NCBI GenBank assembly: GCA_003344405.1
Contig: NOWV01000123.1
Location: 186,001-228,547 of the forward strand
Source of the DNA: Trichoplax sp. H2
Taxonomy: Eukaryota
Length of the DNA stretch: 42,547 nucleotides
Reading direction: 5' to 3'
The translations under genes and the position numbers were made by a program. This document shows positions 15,419 to 30,800 of the stretch, piece after piece; the first letter of the stretch is position 1, and every line of letters begins with the position of its first letter. The notes beneath the pieces are model-generated. The model had not been told where the DNA came from and made no database searches. It saw only the letters and a program-made list of their open reading frames with translations.

Positions 15419-16300
15419 AAGAGAAGTACTGTATATTACTGTATATTATTAGAAATAGGGAGAAACTGCTATTAATAGCCAATGGAATGAATTCATTCAC
15501 GCTCCTTGATATAGTGAACAGAGGTTACAGCTTAAACAGCTATCCCAAGTTTAGAAATGATAAATGGATTGAAGAAGATGTCGGTCTATCTAAGTGATCA
15601 GTCTTGGCAATGTTCGTATACTAGATATAACGATCAAGGTAGAACCAGCTGCCTACTTTGCTTTCAATTCTTTACGAAGCTAGACGTGGCTTGAAGTGAA
15701 ATAGCCTCTGGCTTTCGTTTCTCTAACTTACTCATTAATATGGTAATTTATTAATTAATTATTACAGTACTCACTCTCGCTCAGCCGTACTTAAGTACGG
15801 TAATAATTGCGATTTAAGGCGAAGAATTGTATCGTAGCTTGGGTTCTGTGTCCTCATATAAAACATGATATTACTAACGAACCTCTTCAGGTTACAGTTG
15901 ATAACCGTAATTAAGAGACAAATGATAGACAATCAATTTACCACAGCATCACCTCAAATAACTTTCCCGTGCCCTAAATATGGTGAAAGATGTTTTAATA
16001 TACTCGTAACTTACTCATTTTGCATGATATGACATAAGTCTACGACTAGTAGGAAACTATTTATTTCTCAAAGGTATACAATGATTTATACAATATCATT
16101 TTACGAGTATTTATAATTATAGAAGAGTCAGATCAGTCATTGCTTAGCGCCCCTCAAGTATCTATTTGATTATAATTATCCAAGGATTGCAGCAATTTTT
16201 TTAACGTAGTGTTGTGTATCACCCACCCACCATCCAGAGTAATCGATTGCAGTAACGAAACATCGAAAAGATCAGAAATCCAGTATAGGCTGTTTTGATG

Positions 16301-16314
16301 GTAGCCATAGTAAC
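16301..16314. promoter_or_regulatory. RFX X-box in the probable promoter of calcyphosin-like paralog B
   Basis: GTAGCC-AT-AGTAAC fits GTHNYY-AT-RRNAAC. It is followed by TGACTCA (AP-1-like) and lies about 130 nt upstream of a likely 5'UTR intron (donor GTAAGT 16441, acceptor TAG 16573). Confidence 0.6.
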
Positions 16315-16584
16315 TGACTCATAAAGGGCATTTTTTATTGGATATTAGTCACAAGAGAATAATTTAAATTCAACGCATTACTGATGTTCTTGCTGGCCTT
16401 TGTATCATTCACGTCAGAGAGTATACTATACCAATATACCGTAAGTACATATTCGATGATTTGCAGTAATAGAATAAAGCTAAAGCATCCAGTACTTACA
16501 TATACTACTACTTAGAGTCGCACTTCAGTATAATTTGGCTGCGGCAGCAAATTAAAACGAACCATAATTATAGTTGTTTTCATC

Positions 16585-18197
<1,613 letters not shown>

Positions 18198-21100
18198 TAA
18201 TTTTGACAATTTTTAAACAAATTTTGTAACTTTATTAGCAATCTTATTATTATTACTCTCACGGTTAAAATAATTCTTATCGACAAAGAGATAAAGAATC
18301 TGTTAGTATCTAATAGATGTCGGTACCACACTTCTACTGCAAAGTAAAACTATCACAGGTAGTTCAATTGCTAAAATCGTTTCCAGTAAACTAATTTAGA
18401 TGGATATTAACTGTAAAGCTATCACTAATTTAAAATAAGTAGTGTGTAACTTAAGCCTGTCTTATGCACTTCGTCGATATCAAGATATTTGAATATTAGG
18501 TCCTATATCGTTGTTTTGCATAGAAAATATCGTTAACATTTTACCAAGTCGTAACTATTGCGTATTTGAAGCGCTAAATAGATATCAAAGTATTCACTTT
18601 TGTAAATTATAAATGGCTAATACATCAAGCTAAGCTCTTTAAGTTGCCTGACTGTATTATTGATACCACAGAATCCTTTTAAATAGTTTACATTAGATGT
18701 ACATGAATAAAATTAACTATAACTTAATAAAAGTAAAGTTACCAAATTACTCTTATTCATAAGATTCGGCCATTTGAAATCGGTTAGATTTACCTACATA
18801 TATAATTACAGCCTCTGCTGTTATCCACTGAAAAAGTATATGGCTAGTTATCAGTATGAATGAAAATTTTTCAATTTGTATTCAATTTGTTTTGTCTACT
18901 TGTCATTCCAAGTTATAATAAATGGTTAATGGTCGACATAACACAAAGTTATTAGGACTTATATCTTACAAGGAATAACAACAAGTGTCTATAACGTGGT
19001 ACAAAGGGATTATTTCGGAATGAATCATACGGCGCATTATATTTCAATTACGGTTTCCAAATAAAATAATCTAAAATTTGACTGGAGATATAACCAAGTG
19101 GTTCATAGTAAACTATAGCAATGTAAATCAACTATGTTTGTGAAGAGACATTTTTCTTCTTACACTAAATCCAATAATTAAATAGTTATGTGAAAACAAG
19201 ACCTATCGGTGCTAAATAGTTAGAGATGCTCTCATATTACCGATAAAAATATTAAAATTAACAAGTAAATGCCAATCACTAGTACTGATAAGAATAGATA
19301 ATCAACAAGTATACGAGTTTACTATCATAACCTGTGCCTATTTCCAAAAATAGCTTAAAGTTTTATACGCCTATATTTTAATATGATTGCGTAAGAAAGT
19401 TAACTCTTAATGTACTCGTATATGTGATACATCTCTATGGATATACTTTTAAAGCAGATTAAAACATTATCTAGGATATCTGCTTTACTCAAATGTACAC
19501 CTTTTCAACCTAGCTTATTATTTTTTATAGATATTATATATCGTAAATCACAGTAAAGAAGTTTTTAAATATATACTTTAAAGGTTAACGTTATAAATAG
19601 CATTGAGCTTGATACGTTAAATCGCATATCGCCACTGTTTAGAACAGACCTTGACAATCACTGCTAATATCAACATTCTAGACGAGCAATTACGTTATCA
19701 AAGACAAATCCTAATCATGAAAATTTTGGAAATCATCTTTCTGAAAGGTGTCTAGATATAATAAGAACGGGGAAAATTTTTTGCTGAACTTACTGCAAAA
19801 CTCAATATGTAATAATAAGCATAAACTATATTCATCTGATACTAGGTGTCTGTCTGTTACTTGTAGGAACAAATCTAAAGTTTTATTTCGATAGAAACAT
19901 AATGTATATCTTTAGATCTGTAAGTAATTATCCATTCTAGATATGAATAAGTTTAGAAATAGTTCGAAAATTAAACCGATTATGAGTTAACCTCAGAATC
20001 AGTACTAGCAATTTGGACGCTCTGATTAGAAATCTTTAACTATTTTAATTAAGACTGTTGGCATTTGATCTTTCATAATTGATTTAAGGACTCCGATTTC
20101 ACAATATTGCAAAAATCAGATAAGTAAGCTAATCTAGCTAATAAGGCTAGCGCGAAAAACATGATCATGCAATTATTCGAAAATCGTTTATATTCAACAG
20201 AAACTACAAAAATCAATTTAATGCCAGGATATAACCATCCCTACAGTCAATATAAGCCCAAGAACGCTACTATATCATTAATATTTCTCCCTAGACTGGT
20301 AAGTAAAATAGGTTGTGTAAGTAAAGTGGATTTTTCTATTAACAGATACTAACTACAATTCATTAAGAAGTACATTCTATTTTGAAATTATCTAGAGTTG
20401 AAGATATTTAATTACTAAAACGCCTAAGTACATTATATAAAAGCACTATTGGGTAAAGAAATCAGGCTGAACATAAAATTCTTAGGCTACTGAAAGACCT
20501 TGTATGTCGAGCTAGTAGTTAAGAAATAAAGAAATGTATTTCTTGGAAGGCGCTGCCTAGTGTATAGCGTTTGTATTCTTCTGTATAGTCGATTATCATA
20601 ACGAATTAATTCTTTCAGCAAAACATTAGACTAAATAGAAAAAGTTACATGCTACGTAATATATTAATAAATTTGAAGCTGTTGCAACAATGGTGATTTA
20701 ATTGAAAGGAAATTATACCGAAATCATTTACATGTTACATTTATGATCCATTGAAATTCTACTTGTATAAAATGCTAATTTTTTACTACAAGAATTTGAT
20801 CTGAAGTATTTGTCAATCCGAAGGAGGATCACCGTACGATACTCATTTACGATAAGCCAGAGCTTTTGGGGCGAACATATGTGATAGAAGTGCTGTATAC
20901 TTGTACGACAGTAGTAGTAGTGAGAATAAATGGGAGATACTATACTACGTCGTTCTACTTATAAATTCTTTTCGTATTCATCCAATATTCTAGTCAATAT
21001 GAAATTACCCATCTACGTATAGCAGTTTAAAATCAATGATTATTAAGTACTGTCGATGAAGTATTGCAATTTACAGTTTAATGCATTACGTTTACCAAAA

Positions 21101-21249
21101 AATTTCATAAAATTGGCAAAGACAAGACACTTTAACCTGAATCTACAGCACTACCCATATTAATAAATAAACAAAAATTTAGAATAAGACGCCATATTTA
21201 AAAAATTAACGTTAAAGGCATCCCCAAAATCAGACTTCTCTGAAGAGTT

Positions 21250-21820
21250 GCAACATTGCAATTAGTGAAGAAAATTAATCTGAAATAGGATTTTTCCAAT
21301 TCAGTATTCAATTGCAGCGAAATATACACTGCTTAATCACCTTATACATAATTGGATTATTCATGTGAGATATTGATTATGGTGCTTTACTAACTTTATT
21401 GAGCAAAACAAATTTAATCGGATTGAAATAAGCGAGATCTTGTAGCAATATTGCAATTAGCATAAAAAGTTAATTTAAATAAGATTTTTTCAAGTTCAAT
21501 ATTCACTTACTGTGGAATACGCATGAGAAATTCTAGTGAAAGCGATCAAATACTCTTAAATCGCTTTATGCATCATCCGATTGTTGATGTGAGATAAGAT
21601 AGTGTTTTGCTAACTTTGGTAAGCAGGGCAAATTTAATCGGATTTAAACAAGCGAAATCTTGTAGCAATATCACAACTAGTATAGAAATTAACTTAAAAT
21701 AGGATTTTTCAGTACAGTATTCAAATACAGTGGAAAAGGTAGCAAGAATTCTAATGAATTCGATCAAAAACTGCTGAATTGCTTTATACTCGTATATAAT
21801 CCGATTGTTTATGTTGGTAT
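21250..21820. repeat. Degenerate direct tandem repeat, unit about 220 bp, about 2.5 copies
   Basis: aatttaatcggatt at 21411 and 21631; tcttgtagcaatat at 21438 and 21658; a partial third unit (aaataggattttt...cagtattcaa) near 21283-21311; atccgattgtt recurs near 21575 and 21799. Confidence 0.85.
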
Positions 21821-24800
21821 CTTTATTGAGTAATGTCCTTAATAATCAATATTATACATACTTGACTGCTTTATGGATAAACTTATTAGAGTATTTCTCT
21901 AACGTACGCGATAAGCCAACCGAATAGAAACATCAAAATATTAGACTCCCGAGTTTCTGCACTTCAAAATTCTTAAAATTGTCATGACTTACTTTATAGC
22001 ATAACGTGAATATTGTTGTTCATCAAGATTTGGGAAAAAATCAAATTTATTGGTTAAGTACCGTAGCGTAAACATATTATTGTCTTCCTGCAATCTACTT
22101 ATATATACACAATTGTAATGCGTTACTTTTTTAGAAATCTTTCCAATAATTTGAACTTTAGTTCCTGTAAATTGTTTTACGAGGTGATAAGATAATGGGC
22201 GAACTGGGACGGTTCAGGTTTACTGTAAAAGTGTTGCTCAGTATAACAAATTAGTTCTAGTAGGATGAACAAGCAATATGGATTCGATATAATACTAGAT
22301 TAGCAACATAAATTCCCATAATGATGGCTACCAATTAAGGATCAGTTTAATTAGTTCATGAAATATACATATTAATTTATTTAACTTCATTGTAGCATTA
22401 ACTGGAAGCCGGAATGAAAATAATACCTTAGAGTATATCTATGTACGTGTCAGTTGAATAAAGGCCAGTTATGAATAATCGAGGATTCAAATTTCTAAAA
22501 ATCTGTAATTGGCATCGAATAACGCCGTCGTTGACAAAATTGCAGCAGATCTCCTCAATCATTCTTATCAAAACAGCTGTACGAAGATTGATTTTTAGTT
22601 ACAACAATTATACTGTTGAGAGACATTTTAGCCTGGAAAAGTGTGATTTAATTATGATGGTGTGTGCTATTCAAAGACGCTTGAAAGAAATCAACTTATT
22701 AGCTAGTTAATTAAATACTGGATTGATTTATAGGAATCTGATTATTACTTTTGTTTTAGCAAGTCTTTTCGAAGATAAATTCCTTTTAATTTTATTATGT
22801 AATGAAGCGAATGAACTGGTTTCGATTTTTTCGAAATCATTACTTTATGTTTACAGATGACGTTACTGATACATTATGATGAATTTTGTTTTAACTGACC
22901 TTTATTGAAATAACTAGCCTTGCTTATAATTTAAATATAATGATTTTGTTTTACCTATTCGGTCACTAAGACGCTATTAGTGCCACTACTATTATCCACT
23001 CTTGTAATATTTTTTTGCAGCCAATCCTAAATTTTAAGGAATCTATCTTATTCTAAAAGCTGGATTAATTCTATAGCAACACGGTGTATATGAATACACA
23101 GCCTTCCACTGCCTTAAAAGAAGCTAAATTGATCGGAAATTCATTCATTTTATAATATACTAGGATGTTGAGGTACAAACATCCTCAGATTTGTTACGAC
23201 AGAAGGAAATATTATGAAAGCCAACATGATTATTAATAGATAGTTTAATATTTTATTTTGAAGCCCAGTAACTTCTTATCTTTCTTAAGTGATTTTTAGC
23301 TCAAAAAATCTGTGTACTGAAGCACAGATCGTTAAGGGTTAGAGATCGAAACTTTTCATTTATATATCATATAGCTGAGCTTATGAAATTCCATATATTT
23401 ATGTTGCACTAGCTCACTTGTTATTTATGACATATATGCTGAACATTGTATATCGCATAACTTCAAATGTATCATCTATCTAGGAACAAAAAGCGATGTC
23501 TGTTATTACGTGCAGATTAATGCAATTATGAAATCAGTCGCGTGCATATGTATAATACTGATGTTTAGTAGGGACGAAATTCTTTAGTTCTTGAAAATTT
23601 TTTATACACCATACATATTCAACACATTATATAGTTGAATGAGTGGCTTATTTCGGACGTTCAGGAAAATATTAATATATCATAGCTCAATAACTGGGAA
23701 CGACTCCAGAGTCTTAGCGGATATGGCTAAGACGATATTACCAAGGAAGTCATGAGCTATTAGGTTCTCAATTCGCCTCAATATTCTATTTATATATATA
23801 TATCGCAATGAAGTGGCGGAAAGGAAGATATTTATAGAAAATTTAATAATTATATAAGTATTCTTCTGTATGTCTTAAGATAAAGCTACAGTAATAACAA
23901 TAATACTGTAGTATATTAGATTTCCACTAGTAGCGATAAGTATACTCAGTAACAATAATTTGATGCAATTGGAAGCAGCATTTAATGTTCTACCCGAATT
24001 ATAGGTGATAGTTCACATTACATTACCATAATCGAAGGCAATATTAAGCGGCAACAATATTTTCTTGAATTAATTTTACCTGTACCGAGTCAATCAAACG
24101 TGAAGTTTAAATATTATTACTTTTTCATGATTAAAATCAATTTCGTATTGCATAATGGCCTTATGATGATTCGAACCAAATTTTTAGTCAATAGAACACT
24201 TTTGAAGCGATATAAGCTTCCTGAAAAGTAAATTAATCAAGTATTGTTTGGGATTGTTTGGACAGGTGCACGTAACCTTATCAACATTTCACATGTAGAT
24301 ACAGTATACGCATATGCGTGAATAACTACCAGTACCCATTGCTGTGTCTTATAATTTCATTTAATAGTAATATAAGTTAAAATTAAGACACTTAAGAACA
24401 CATCCTTTATATTATACATCCCAATTGTGTCTAGTTGATAGTTTTTCTTTTTAAAGTCATCCTAAATGATGTCCTGTTATTCCTAATGATTAAAAGCCGC
24501 CCTTGTCTATTACTTTATACAAAATTTACTGTAAATAGCTCTTTCTTAATTAATCTACGGATAAAGATAACGACGTTTATATACATAGTTTTACTTGGTA
24601 TTGTGCCACATGAAGTATGGTAAGAATCGAAAGTTGGAGTTTTAACTCTAAAGAAATTAAATATCGTTAAAATACTTAAACTTCGAATTATAGACAGCTA
24701 TCTATTTAATTTTAAAGTAGACTATATTTATTTATTTTCTGACATAAGAGCTTTTTGATATTTTAATGAAAAAATAATTATATTATTGACATACAAAAAG

Positions 24801-27800
24801 ATCATAATTGCTAAGATACAAATGGCATGACAGAATCTTATCTGCTGTAATTCGAATTGTCGCTCCGCTCCGACTCACGCAGCGTTCGCAACAAACAAAT
24901 TTTCGAATATTTCCTGCGTCATTAAGCTCACTTTATTTTGCGACGTGTTCTTTAAGGTATAAATTGTATAAATTGCGCCATAAATTAAAAATTTTTGAAG
25001 TATCATCTTCTCAATGCATACGACAAGAGTAAATAAGATGAAAGTTTTACACGTGTCGGTATCATCTCAATAAGTTGGTGATATCATTAAATTTATATAT
25101 GGACTTTCCTTCGATGTTCATATCTTCAGTATAACTTTTTAATTATACTACATCTTCCATTTAGTTTCTCGCATGCACAGTAAATAGAAATTGTGCAAGT
25201 GTATATGTGTAAATCAAAATTAGCTGTTAGATCATTTATTCTTTCTATGTTGACATTTAATAATTTTTCTGCTGTTAAATCCTTTTAATTTTTACGAGAC
25301 TAATATCGAAAATACTAATGTAAAAATTCTAATAGCAAGTTTACTATTGCCAATGATTCACAGCTGCAAGGATTTGGTCAACTTGGTATATCTGATATTT
25401 ATAATAAGCTTATAGGGATCATTTTAGTAGCTGATTTTATGATCTAATTGAGAGCCAATGTAAATTTTCTTACTAATGATCTAGTAAGAATGCTATTCTT
25501 TGGAATATAGTAACATAGCAGTAGTCCTTGTTGACCAATCTAGTATTTCGAATTCTTCAATTTGAAACTTTATATGATCTATCAAATTTCTGTAGAGTCG
25601 GTCATCTTAATCATGTTACGTATACACTCTACCAATTGAAATAATACGCTATGAGTTATTGCAGAAATTTTACCATTAGCCAGTAATCAGACTCCGAATA
25701 TGAATGCAGCGAACAATATGCAGTTTGTTAAATCAGATTAAGTCGTAAGTAGAACCGATTAGTGATAACCGCAAAATTTAATCTACATCAAAGAGAGAAG
25801 TTATAAAATACCTATTAGCCTGAAGTTAACTTCAGCCATTAAGCTTGTATAAAATTCAAATTCTTTTTAATCTGTAAATTTCGAACTTGGATGTCTTATT
25901 GCATCAATTTAATCTGCAATCATTCCAATTTAACCCGATATTTTCTAATACAAGTTTTACTTACACCCCACTACCTACTCTCTTCTAATGTGATGTGATC
26001 AACTAACTTACTAGCTGCTTAGTCACTCCAACTGACTACGGAGAGATACTGTAAGTAAGACTAACAACTTCCTCACAAGTATAATAAGCGGCTTGTTGTA
26101 AGATCAGTTTTATGAGTTTTTAATTCTATTCATATAACGAAAGTATAGTACCTTGTCGTACACTAACAACTAGAAAATGCTTTCAGTGTAGGATTTTTCA
26201 TTTCAATAGGTACAGTCCATACTGCAGATATTATTTAGGATTTATTTAATAATAAAATTAAGTAAATTTTGCCTGGTAACATAAAATTAAATTAATATTA
26301 CGGCAAAGAGATACAAGATGGCGCATTAAAACTATTTTTATTTAGATATTAACGATCAGTACAGTAATCAATTTTATGTTAATATTTCGAACATTTTAAA
26401 ATGTTAAGTCAGCCGATGTCGTCTCGTGGATGCCCCTAGAATCTAATATCATTAATATTTATGCTAGATAGATTAGCGTATAGTAGAGTAAATGTCTCTG
26501 GTTCTGTCAGCACGCTCAGTTATTTTGTAATAGACTATTATGTCATTAATATCATTTGTGATTTCTGATGAATGCAACTGTTGTAGTGTTAGCAACCGTT
26601 GCACGGTAAATAAATTTTGAATAAATGTTATTATTCATTTAATTCAGTTATGCGATAGTATCAACGATTAATTTAGCTATTAGTTTTGTTATTAATATCC
26701 TTTTTCATTTACGATATAGTACGGAATTTATATGGCTTTATTTGCAACTCTCAGGTGCTTCTATTGAGAAACTTTGGGGGATGTTATATCAATTAACTAA
26801 AAAAGATGAGATTTAATAACAAAATAATTCTTGTAATCGTTAATAATAGTTTCGGTTATTTTGATTACCCGTTGTTGTCGCATGAAGTAATAAAATAATT
26901 TTTCTTCACTTCCAATATTATTTGTGTCTTACGAAGAGAAAGTAGTTATCCGTTTATTGTATTTTACTAACAAAATTGGTGCTTTCATTTAGAATTCATT
27001 GAATAATGAATTGCCTAATAGAATTTATACCAGAATTGTTCTAGTAGGCAGGAATAAACAGTCTGTAATTGATTTATTGGACCAACTGAGTTGAATCACA
27101 ATATGCCAGGCTTTGTTCATTGATTGTGGATATTGGCGATAATATAATTGCGATTTGGCACCTGCTACAAATTCAATTTCATTTAACAAAATGAAATTAT
27201 CTACATCAATGAAATGATGTTAGATAAAATTAGAAAGAATAGATTCACCTTATTGGCCGCTTGTTAGTTTTGATTATTTCGTGCAATTTATTTAACACTC
27301 GATGAACTCTTGATAAGCGACCAGCAGCAAAATATCAGAATTATTAGGGAGGATTGAATGCAGCAAATCTGATAATTACTTTCTAAATGCAAGGGGTTTA
27401 AATTTTCTTCGCTAAAATAAGTTTTCAATTTTGAAATGATGATTAATATATTGTAAATTTTTCTTATCTTAATTTTAATTGTTGATTAAAATGAAATTTG
27501 ACATTCTGGTTTTATCCTTGTATAACTTGAATATTACTTAAATTGACATACTGCTTACCGCCTACTCTATAAATTTAGCAAAATAAGAAGTTTACCAATT
27601 TTTTCTTCGTTAATGCAATTGGTGTAATCGCTTGTCGCGAATTGCTATAGGTATGCTTTGCTAGTATCGGAGGTCTGAACTCAATTAAAAACGAAAATAA
27701 TTCCTTGTATATATATTAAAGGGTCATTTGTGGAGTATAGCTTCGAAAATAATTAGAAATATGGCATAAGAAATTGCAATCTATGCAGCTTGGTGACAGC

Positions 27801-30800
27801 TCCAACTTACAATTATAATTATTTATAAAAGATATTTAATTGACACTATATTAATCAAATAAGCCAGTAATAAAGGTATCTGCTAATTATTATCTTGGAT
27901 GTATACGATAACTTCCAACTTCATCATTAACATTCTACTATCAGAATTAGGATGTTTATCACCTAGAACAATTTAATTCGATATTAGTATGAAGTCTATT
28001 TGGTAAATCATAATTGTATCTATTCTTTCCATAAATATATTCGATCCTGCTACTTCATTAACCTCATAAGAATTTATTTATGGCTTCCTTACATTGCTTA
28101 GGCAACGCGATTTGGTACGATGCCTGATTTTTAATCAATGACATATTTATAAGAAATTTCTATTATTCCTGTATTAATTACATATAGAAATCCACATAGA
28201 TTACTATTTTAAATTGATGCCTTATGGTTAAGTAATGAAATAGTAATATCAATAACACCAGCAATCCCATAAGATTTCTAAAGTTGTATTTAATTCTAGG
28301 AATATGGAAGTTAACTACAATCAAGTGCATTGATCATATTAGCCTATTATCTTTATTATTCATCATAACAGGATCCGTAATATATAAAAGTGCACATTAA
28401 CATTTTTATCCTTCGAATTGAATTTGATATTCTGTTCTTGCTATTGATTAAAGATATTAAAATCTGCATAGCCAGCAATTTGTTATTTTGTATGTTATTC
28501 AGATTATTGATAGTTATATTGTGATGACATGTGAAAGACTGCATATAGCAATCATTGAATTTTATAATTGTACTTGATGGTAATTTAAATACAATACAAA
28601 TGAATTAAAGGAAAGAAGATAAGTCTATGATAAGATCATAAATTCAATACTTTTATTATGATTTCGTTCAAATTAACTCAACTAATAATAACGATGATAA
28701 AGAAAGGTCTGCTATCTATTATTTATCTATAAGAGACTAATTCTTTAAACAGGATAATCAGTGCTAAATCGTAATTTTACTACTCTACAGCATAACAGTA
28801 AACCGGATGGGCTCAGTAAAATAAATAAATCAATGCTCACCAGATGTTATTAGTAACCGTGTTATTATGATAGCAGATTCAAACAGAATATGTTTAATAA
28901 TGGGCTATTGTTTGCCAGTTGGCAAATTGAGCTAAAAGAGACGAGACATGCAGATATATATCAACAAATGCCCGTATTACTTAAAATTACGCTATTTGGT
29001 GTAATCATTGAACCTCCTTAACGGTCTTATTTTTTATCCTACTGTATGTTTTGTGCCAATGCAGGTTGTTGCAAGTCAGTTATAAAATAACTAGCTCTAT
29101 TGATAACGATATTCTATAATGAATAGTTGAGTTCATTTTCCATTATGACTGTAGCTAAGTAAAAGCTGTTAATATCACCACAGGAAATACGCAATATCCT
29201 ACTACTGTCTTATAAGATACTGTCATATCCAAGTATTAATTTAATTTTTTCCGAATTTTATCGCAAATGCGAATTTGCAACAGTAATATAATCACACAGG
29301 TTCAGCTGTTTCAACCAAAATTCAATTACAATTCGTCTCACTGATATTTTTGGCGTAATCTTGGTTTTTTAAAATATTGTCTTACTATAAGATAAATAAG
29401 TCAACGTATTTACGTTATCAACAGATCACATCTATAGTAATATCTATTTTAATTATCACTCGTAGATAGGTTATCAACACAAAAAATTTTACTGCTAAAA
29501 TAATTCAAATTGAAGTATGTTAAAATATGGCAATGTCAGTTATTTCTTTTCTTGGATTTGTTTAGAATTTTATTTAGATTTGTAATTTTAATCTATACCA
29601 GAAACCTGAAGTAAGCACTAAGGAATTAACATTAGTCAATGAGTTGACTGGATTAATTAATTTTAGATCAGATTCTGTAAGATGTATGAAATAAATTTAT
29701 GATGATAATAGGGTTTGTAGTCTAAAATAATAGTGATCATAAGCGTGATCGTTAAAATGGTAAATCTCATTTACTGTAATTAGTACCCGTATATCATCTT
29801 GTTAATACTGCAGTCCTTAAATAAGTAAATATTGTTATGATTTTTTGGCTCCATATGAATTCATATTGCTAATTGCATGATTTAAAATAATAAATAAATA
29901 ATGTAATAAAAGATAAAATAAGAACTTCACATCATTTTATCTTGTAACGTCAAAATAAACCTATTTTCCATAATGTAATCATAACATGGAAATAATGTCG
30001 TAAAATATACTAGCTGTAGCAAATTTCATCTACTGCATGCATCAACCGAAAGTAGCCTATCCTAAGGAAAAATGTATCCTGTTAATTTTTAATATCGTCA
30101 CCGAGGAAAATAACAATTCATGAACAACAGCTTGTATGAACTTACGGTAGTCAATTAAGGTGAATAAGTAGAACACACTAACAGTTACTCACGTTTGTTA
30201 TTTTTGTCGTATGATTCATAAAAATATCATATATAATATCATATTATGGATGTTTATATAAAATATTTCATGTTAATAAACAAGATATCGTTCTAAAGTC
30301 CATTGTATCTAGTCTTTAGCGTACAGTATAGTTGATGATTGTTTTTTGAGGAAAGTTGTCGAAAATACGGTGCAATAAGAAGAGGCCAAAAATAGAAAGT
30401 AGAACGATCAAAAAAAAACCTAATGCCATCTTGTACTTGTTGTAGCTAAACAACTTAAGAATTATTAAAATCCAAAGCGTATAATTAAAAAATTAAAATT
30501 ATAATGTATTACATAAGATTAATTTATCTTTTAATTAGTAATGAAGACATAAGCTACAATACAGTAATAGAAAGAAATATGAACACTTGATCACATTAAT
30601 AGCTGAGTTAATTTAAAGTCGACGAATATGAGTTTCAAAATGACATTATTGATTAGTCACAAGGTGAGAGAATAAGTTGTTATTATTTCATGGAAACATA
30701 ATCCGGCCAATGAGTCAACTTAAAAGATGAAAGGAATTTAATAAAATAGTCATTTTAACTATTGATAACGTAATTGAATTGTCATTAAAGTGAATCAAAA

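Noticed and set aside
15328-15420. 30-aa ORF MDQTMPTAVQTVSINGANVQLPNFGLWRIS faintly resembling an aldo-keto reductase N-terminus
   Set aside because: It stops at once with no continuing exons, and the homologous copy at 10715 has three stops in that frame.
20800-20963. Stop-free frame of about 54 codons (EDHRTILIYDKPELLGRTYVIEV...)
   Set aside because: No start codon, no convincing splice sites, no recognisable homology.
21250-21820. CRISPR-like array
   Set aside because: The whole 220-bp unit is repeated with no unique spacers; eukaryotic context and no cas genes.
25820-25835. 16-bp palindrome ctgaagttaacttcag and other short stems (13631-13658, about 37778-37797)
   Set aside because: 8-bp arms are expected by chance in 42 kb of AT-rich DNA.
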